DNA of 63,890 nucleotides, counting the filler, from Licmophora abbreviata (taxonomy: Eukaryota), in assembly GCA_900291995.1 (NCBI GenBank). It is 15 parts of 15 records of this genome, joined end to end, with 100 filler letters (N's around TTAATTAATTAA, not from the genome) between each part and the next. Parts side by side here need not be neighbours in the genome. Positions count along the whole stretch, not along the records: positions 55,445 to 60,612 come from OLMU01002356.1; positions 60,713 to 61,965 come from OLMU01002357.1; positions 62,066 to 63,890 come from OLMU01002363.1; 12 more parts are not named here. One strand, written 5' to 3'. The notes beneath the pieces were generated by a model, which was not told the origin of the DNA, ran no database searches, and was given only the letters and a program-made list of their open reading frames with translations. Within the stretch, counting starts at the first letter, position 1. Each line of letters begins with the position of its first letter. The position numbers were made by a program, and so were the translations under genes. Positions 57,473-63,890 of the stretch are shown here, one piece after another.

Positions 57473-58363
57473 ATGCGGGGATATACGATTCTTTATGGTC
57501 TGGTGGCAGTGAGTTGTTCCAGTTTTGTCAATGGGTTTTCGAATTTGCCGCTTGGCGCCAAAGTTCGAGCTTCGTCTCTTCTACCGGCAGGGCCAAATCG
57601 TGACGCAGAGTCCCTTCATCAGAACACCAACCCGCTGGCATCCTTGACGGTTGGAGCCGCCATGGCGATCGCCTTACTGGGAGGGGCGGAACCGGCCACG
57701 GCCAACTCCAAGACTGCGGCACAGGTCAACCTCAATAGCATCCCGCCGGCGTCGGTGGAGCTCAGCATTGGCGACTTGCCGGTTGTTGGAAACCTCTTGT
57801 CGGGGACCTATACCAAGACTGACAAGGTGGACAACCCATCGATAACCATCTTATCCCCATCTGATAAATTGACGGCTATCAAGAGTATTGCATCAGCGGG
57901 ACATCTTGAATTCGGTAGGTTGTCCCTGTTCGGGACCGAATTGGCCAACCGCGCACGTCCTAGACTCTCTGATGGTGGTGCTCACGTGCATGTCCTACTA
58001 CTGTTTCTCTCCTGCAGATGTCAATGGAAAAGTGAAGACACATTTGGATGTTGATGTGGCGACGGTGAGACCAGGTGTGGCCATCGTACGGGTCGAGTCC
58101 CCTCTTATCCCAGGACTTCCCTTCAAGAACAAGGCCAACTCCCCAGAAATTAAGGCCAAGGGCAAGGAGAGTGACTGGAATGTCGTGACAAACCTAGGAA
58201 GCGGGGAAACCATGTTTTACACAAACACGAAGACTGGTAGGTGCTGTTGATGCACAGAAACTGCGGTTGCGTTTGCATTGAGTGGTACAACAATCTTACC
58301 AGCATGTCCTTCTTGTGCTACATCGTAGGTGCGTCTCAGTATGAAGTACCTTCTGGATTCTAA
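57473..58363 (+). CDS. Plastid/thylakoid-targeted protein with a C-terminal WW-like domain (exons 57473-57914, 58018-58236, 58329-58363)
   Basis: Signal VNG-F, second hydrophobic stretch ending PATA; spliced tail WNVVTNLGSGETMFYTNTKTGASQYEVP. Confidence 0.75.
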
Positions 58364-58982
58364 AAGTTGATTCAGACATTGCAGAGAGAGAAGCAGAAGT
58401 CACCATCTGCAGTCTCTTGACTTTCCTCTTGACTATCGCAGTCCTCGCTATGTTATTATGTCTCAAACACCAGAGATCGAAACTCAGTCAACCCACGGCT
58501 TACGACTTCACACCCACTATCAAATCATGCAGTCAATTCATAAGCCGTGGCTCTATATTTAAAAAAAGCAATATTGCTGAACCGCAGTGTGCGGTAATGA
58601 GGTTGAGGGCGTTGTAGCGCGGTAATTGCATGATGTGTGTTTTATGATACCGGCTACTCGTACGTATTGTGTCGGGCTGGAATAGTTCGAGTCGAACGAG
58701 TCGAGTACTCCGGTGGCGATGATAGATGATAGCGGTTTCATCACATTTAGAACATCGTCACTCGCCGTCTCAACGTGCATGTCAGTACAATTTCTACGAG
58801 ACCGCATTTTCGCCATGTGCATCATTTGCCACCACAGATTTCGAAGCGATCCATGATCCATCATCGTCATCACTGAACCATATTGCGTCGCCGGCCAACT
58901 TGAACCACCCCCCGTTGCTTTCTTATCCCCTCCTTTCCCGTTTTAATCTGCTACGATTCATTTCCGACCAATTACGCCGAGT

Positions 58983-59549
58983 ATGACCTCCTTCTTTGCT
59001 ACGCAAACTTGCTCTCGCCACAGCAGACACGCATCAAATTTCATCCAGGCTACGGGAAAGTGCGTCGTGCGTTCCTCTTCGTCAGCGGCATCCATGGCAG
59101 GTGGGCGAAGTGGCTACATTTCACCCTTTAAAGACTTGTTCGGCATGATGGAGGAAGGAAGAACGTCGCTGGGCACCACACCGGAATCGCCACGCCCCAA
59201 GGAGGAGGTCAGACTCCTTCGGTGTGGTATTCGGGAAGATGCTCTTCGATATCGAACCATCTGTTACGGAAGACTGCAGCTGCCACCGTATGTTCAACCT
59301 GGAGAGCATCGAGTAACTCTAAAAGTGCAGCTGGACGATATTCCGATTGAAAGCGAAGCGGAACGAGAGATCTTCCTACAAGTGGTGGGCAATCGCGTCA
59401 GGGAAGACAAGAATGAACTTCGTCTCACATCGGATCAGTTCGGAAGTCGCATTGAGAACAAGCGACACTTGGAATCTATGTTGGATCGCATCGTTATTAG
59501 TGCAAAACGACTCGCGAAAGAACTCGAGCAAGAGAAGGAGGATGTATGA
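58983..59549 (+). CDS. Mitochondrial ribosomal protein mS35 (Rsm24/MRP-S28 family)
   Basis: Mitochondrial-type N-terminus; RVTLKV..DI, VGNR...ELRLTSDQF.SR.EN. Confidence 0.75.
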   Translation: MTSFFATQTCSRHSRHASNFIQATGKCVVRSSSSAASMAGGRSGYISPFKDLFGMMEEGRTSLGTTPESPRPKEEVRLLRCGIREDALRYRTICYGRLQLPPYVQPGEHRVTLKVQLDDIPIESEAEREIFLQVVGNRVREDKNELRLTSDQFGSRIENKRHLESMLDRIVISAKRLAKELEQEKEDV

Positions 59550-60574
59550 GAGAAGCACGATGCACCCAAGTGGATTGTTGTTTTCAATAAATAAAAGAGA
59601 GGCCTGTACATACACCTATACCCTGCCCGTCATTTTTGTCGGTACGAGAACTGCAATGCAAGACTGTTTTATCTAGTAATCGTGAAGGAGTTAGACTTGA
59701 GTTCGGGAACATTTGGCATTTGCGTTTCTTCGTTTCTCCAGTGTGCCACGGAAGAGTCATCAAGCTTATCAGGAGCGATGGACTTGAAAAAATAGTACCT
59801 ATGAACGAATCTATGAAAAAAGGTTGGACTCTAGCGAGCTACGTAGTGCAGACAAGAGGTATCGCTGATGCTACCCTAGTTTCGTTCACGAGGAAGGGAA
59901 GAAGCGATTGCTGTGACGGCGGCGTTCGTCGCGCAACGAAGGTGGCTACGAGCTTTGAAAAACTCTTCGTTTCATAGCTCGTGAATTTATTTACACATTC
60001 AGTCATGAAGCACCTGATCGCGTTTTTGGCGGTAAAATGTATAGATAACCTTCAGTACTTAGGTTTGTCATTTACGTTATTTAGGCAGTCCTCAATTTCA
60101 AATCTTTCCGAAAACAAGACTAAATTCCAACTATAAAAGGTTATGAATAAGTTTCATTTAAATTTTGGGAGTTCGAAATCCGTTGTTCTATTTATTATTA
60201 TTATTGGTCACGAATGTGCTACAACGATTGATTAGTACAGAAAAATGTAGAAAGTGCGGAGACAATCTAACCGCACATAACAGTTCTCTTGAGAGACGAA
60301 AGGAGGCTCCGGCAGAAGAGAAGAGCTGCAAGACCCATCTTTGCGTCTAGCTGTCACGCTGTTGTGCTTCGAGCTTCCGAACGGTCCAGAAAGGGGGAAC
60401 TTCAATCCAGAAGGTTGAAAGATTCCGTTCTTGGGGATTGAGCTTGCGGGGAACAGCTTGGTATTTGCGGTGAAGCTGCAGTGGGGAAAATTGGCGAAAA
60501 CTTCGTCAGTCTGAAACACGATCGTGAAGACTAAAGTTTGGGGGACAGGTAGCTCTTATCGATTGTAACCAACC

Positions 60575-61965
60575 ATGGGACCGAAAAAGAGCGCAAGCCC
60601 CGAAAAGAAGCGNNNNNNNNNNNNNNNNNNNNNNNNNNNNNNNNNNNNNNNNNNNNTTAATTAATTAANNNNNNNNNNNNNNNNNNNNNNNNNNNNNNNN
60701 NNNNNNNNNNNNCAAGTCAGCAGACGAGCCGACCAAGGGGACACCGAAACGGTCCAAACAATGGACAGCCGAAGAAGATGAGGCGCTCATGATGGCTGTC
60801 GTCGAAGATCGCAATCGTCGACAACAGCACGAGGAAGACGACAACGACGAAATAGCAGAGGAAGAGGAAGAAGACTGGGACGAGATATCGAAATCGGTTA
60901 CTGGAAAGACTCCAGTTCAGTGTCTTCAGCGGCACATGTATCTCAACACCAAGCAAACTTCTGAGGCTTCTGCTCCCGCCGGTGCGAGCGCAGCGTCCAT
61001 CTCTGGCGGTGGCGACGGGGATGAAAGTGAAGTCGCCAAACCAAAGCCAGTTGAAGGGGAGATTTGGGAACCTAATGATGTCGAGCTCCTTCAGAAGCTT
61101 GTTGAGCAATACGAAAACAGTGAGTGAAAAGTTGTGCTTCCAGTTTGGTGCGTTGACATGGTACCCCGTTCGTGTATACCGGTGTCTCACAGCTCTCGCC
61201 GTTTTCTCTCTTCCACGATGGCCACAGCTCCCCCAAGATGGAATGAGATTTCAGTCAACTTCCCCGGACGGACGGCTATCGACTGCCTTTCACGGTGGCA
61301 GATGCTGGCTAGTCCTCCAGTTATCAAAGGCAAGGGATCATGGACCACTGATGAGGACAAGATCCTTTTGGAAAAGCACAAGGAATACGGCCGCAAGTGG
61401 TCCAAGATCGCCCCTTATCTACCAGGGCGACAGGGAAAGCAGTGCCGCGAGCGGTTCGTCAATCATCTTGACCCAGGCTTGAAGAAAGGAGATTGGACTG
61501 ACAACGACGAGGCTATACTGATCGCAATGCACCAACGCTATGGAAACAAGTGGGCCAGTATTGCCAAGCAGCTTCCTGGTCGTTCAGACAACGATGTCAA
61601 GAACCACTGGTATTCAACTATCCAAAGAAAGTATTCTCAGCACGGAAAACAGGTGAGATTCTCAAACAAGGGGCTTCCTTCCCTATATCCTCTTGATCGT
61701 TTCTAACTTGATTATCGTCCCACAGAAACTCATTGATGCAGCCGTGAAGCAGGTGGACATGATGCAAACCTTGGGGCATCTTCCGACTCAAGCACGCGAA
61801 GGCTGGCCTCCTGGGCCATACAACCAGGTTGTGGCTCACCCCCAGCCAGGGTATCGTCTCTACTCCCCTGGTCACTTCACTCATTCACCGGGCGCCCCTG
61901 GTGTGTACCCGTACCCGCCGCCGCCTGGGCCACCGCACGGCGCCGCTCTTCCAGGCCAGCAGGGC
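60575..61965 (+). CDS. Myb transcription factor with at least four repeats (introns 61120-61227, 61653-61725; both ends at gaps)
   Basis: WTAEED..WDEIS..QCLQR; WEPND..WNEIS..DCLSRW; WTTDED..WSKIA..QCRERF; WTDNDE..WASIA..DVKNHW; probable start MGPKKS at 60575. Confidence 0.88.
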
Positions 61966-62300
61966 NNNNNNNNNNNNNNNNNNNNNNNNNNNNNNNNNNN
62001 NNNNNNNNNTTAATTAATTAANNNNNNNNNNNNNNNNNNNNNNNNNNNNNNNNNNNNNNNNNNNNAATAATTTAAGATGTCCAGCGGACATTTCCTCGGA
62101 AGCGACATTCTGGAAGATTCTGTGCGAGCTCCAACATTGGAAAATATACGAAATACCTGCCACGGCGACCGATAACGATGATCACGAATCACGACGGAGT
62201 ACCTACCAGTACCATCAGGTTGACTATGAGTTCGATTTCTAACAATCTTTCGAACAGCACCGGCGACTGTGTAACATGGGCCTATCGCCAACCCACCCCC

Positions 62301-63890
62301 ATGGACTCCCAGAAACGTTCTAGCGTAGGCCAGAAGCGTTCTAGGCCGGAGTGGAAGAGCGTGGGCGCTCTAGACGAAGCATCCAGCTCGACCTTAGCAC
62401 CAGCAGCACATGACCCCAAAACTTCCCCCTCGTTGAGCCCCCACACCCTCCGTTTGCTGAAACTAATCCAGGAAGGAACGGCGTCTCATGCGAAGCTTGC
62501 AGCCTCTCATCTCACTTCCATTGCAGCCGCATCGTCACCTGAAGTGTTGTGGGAGCTGCTGGGGCGACTCCAGGCCTTCCTTCAGTCGCCGGACTGGACG
62601 TGTCGCGCCAATGCAAGTGTGGCGCTGCAGGGAGTGGCGCAGCACATTCCTCCCAAGGACCAAATAGCATTTTTGAATCAGACGTTTGATGTCGACGATG
62701 AGCTGTGGTTGAGTCTGGAGGATTTTGCCATCCAGCCTGAACGCAGTACAGTGGAAAGCGGATTGGATACGATTCTATCGAACGGACGCTTGTTGTTGGC
62801 AGCGAGCGAAAGCAAGTATGAGGCTGCATCGGAGTCATTTGAGAATGAATTACGAAAACTAGAAGTGTTGGATGCAAGTCGACAAGAGATACAGGACTTT
62901 GTCGCGCGTCGAGTGGAACTTCAACGACGAATTTTGGCCAAGCGTCTCGGACTTGCTGGGGTGGTGGACGCGGTCGGATCGAGCCGAGAAGTCCTCCCCG
63001 ATACCATTTCTAACGGTGACTTGCTTATGGAAGATCCAACAGCACGACAGAGACAACATATGGAACGTGTCCGGAAGCGCCGTCAGCATGAGGAAAGTGC
63101 GGATCAACAGGAGACGACAACTGTTCGGACACTGCTTGTGATGGAAATGCGGCAACAGAAGGACCGACATGGCGGCACGGCGTCGTCTCACAAGAATCCC
63201 CAGACGCTCCTGGCAACTGAATTGATCTATCGTATGTTTGACCCATCATGGTATGTACGACATGGCGCCTTGCTGGGGACGTTGGCATTGCTGCGAGCCT
63301 GGAACAAAAACGCTGGCCGAAACGACAAGGCTGCCTTCGGCGTTTGGCCGCAAGATATCATGGCTCGGTGCATCTGCGTCCTGGCACTGGATCGCTTTGG
63401 TGACTATGGAGGGTCAGAAGGCGGCGTTGTAGCGCCAGTGCGAGAGATGGCAGCTCAACTGCTGTCCGTCCTTTGGTCCATGGCACCAGACTCAGTGATG
63501 CAAAAGTGTCTTGCCGTCCTATGTCGTCTAGGTCGACACGTGAACGATTGGGAAGTGCGGCATGGCTCGCTGTTGTCACTGAAGTATTGTGTGGTGTTCC
63601 TTTCGACCAAAGGACAACTGGCGAACGATCCTGCTCATGGTATCGCCCATATGCTCAGGAACGTGGCAGACGCAGCTCTTACGGGCATATCGGATGGAAT
63701 GGATGATGTCAGGAGTGTCGCCGCACAAGTAGTTTCTTGCTTACTCGATGGTTTCACTGCAGATCAGCTCGATCGGGTGCACATCATAACGTCCTGTTGT
63801 GTACCGCTAATGAACACCCTTGGAAGGACCGATACTGTTTATTCTTCACCAAGCGACATGATTTTGCTATTCGCAAAAAATTCTGTCCTG
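62301..63890 (+). CDS. BTAF1: TBP-associated Snf2 ATPase BTAF1/Mot1, N-terminal HEAT region (3' partial; absent from the ORF track)
   Basis: Open frame from ATG 62301: RLLKLIQEG, LLGRL..FL.S.DW..R, MFDPSWYVRHGA, VLALDRFGDY, VVAPVRE.AAQ, WEVRHGSLL.LKY, DDVRSVAA. Confidence 0.88.
   Translation, partial: MDSQKRSSVGQKRSRPEWKSVGALDEASSSTLAPAAHDPKTSPSLSPHTLRLLKLIQEGTASHAKLAASHLTSIAAASSPEVLWELLGRLQAFLQSPDWTCRANASVALQGVAQHIPPKDQIAFLNQTFDVDDELWLSLEDFAIQPERSTVESGLDTILSNGRLLLAASESKYEAASESFENELRKLEVLDASRQEIQDFVARRVELQRRILAKRLGLAGVVDAVGSSREVLPDTISNGDLLMEDPTARQRQHMERVRKRRQHEESADQQETTTVRTLLVMEMRQQKDRHGGTASSHKNPQTLLATELIYRMFDPSWYVRHGALLGTLALLRAWNKNAGRNDKAAFGVWPQDIMARCICVLALDRFGDYGGSEGGVVAPVREMAAQLLSVLWSMAPDSVMQKCLAVLCRLGRHVNDWEVRHGSLLSLKYCVVFLSTKGQLANDPAHGIAHMLRNVADAALTGISDGMDDVRSVAAQVVSCLLDGFTADQLDRVHIITSCCVPLMNTLGRTDTVYSSPSDMILLFAKNSVL

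Noticed and set aside
59600..60560. Short ORFs in the AT-rich spacer upstream of the Myb gene
   Set aside because: No motifs, no consistent splice pattern and no family recognised
1848..62021. Recurrent TTAATTAATTAA as a biological repeat or CRISPR-like array
   Set aside because: Always centred in 44+44 Ns and encodes stops in all frames, so it is an assembly linker; genes continue across it

Overview
This window is a composite assembly, not one replicon. Fourteen identical 100-bp artificial spacers (44 N + TTAATTAATTAA + 44 N) join the contigs. Positions 1-11941 are GC-rich, intron-less alphaproteobacterial (Rhodobacteraceae/Roseobacter-type) DNA: the 3' part of pdhC, a bidirectional terminator, cysE, and g15 through g4 of an RcGTA-like gene transfer agent head-tail cluster on the minus strand. 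From 12042 onward the DNA is gene-dense eukaryotic nuclear sequence with short GT-AG introns and ASAFAP-type bipartite plastid presequences, which points to a diatom or related ochrophyte. It encodes an SGNH-like protein, a TTBK/CK1 kinase, plastid NDH-2, a BAHD-type transferase, a 2OG-Fe(II) oxygenase, a PPR protein, an SPX-cytidylyltransferase fusion, a sulfotransferase-like/BCAT fusion, an amino-acid transporter, dPGM, an MsrB-like protein, METTL6, KRI1, a mitochondrial carrier, a CycH-C-terminal-like lumen protein, UFD1, NIT2, PPIL4, ALG12, TSPO, a WW-tailed plastid protein, mS35, a 4R-Myb and BTAF1/Mot1. Single-base indels in homopolymer runs occur in both parts, so most frameshifts are probably sequencing error. 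The best novelty candidate is the SPX-cytidylyltransferase fusion, a possible inositol-pyrophosphate-gated phospholipid/phosphonolipid headgroup enzyme. Other leads are a strand-specific structured RNA between the GTA capsid and adaptor genes, a strongly over-represented TACC(W)GGTA non-coding palindrome, and unusual thylakoid-lumen-targeted domains. All family calls come from motif recognition by eye; no database search was run.
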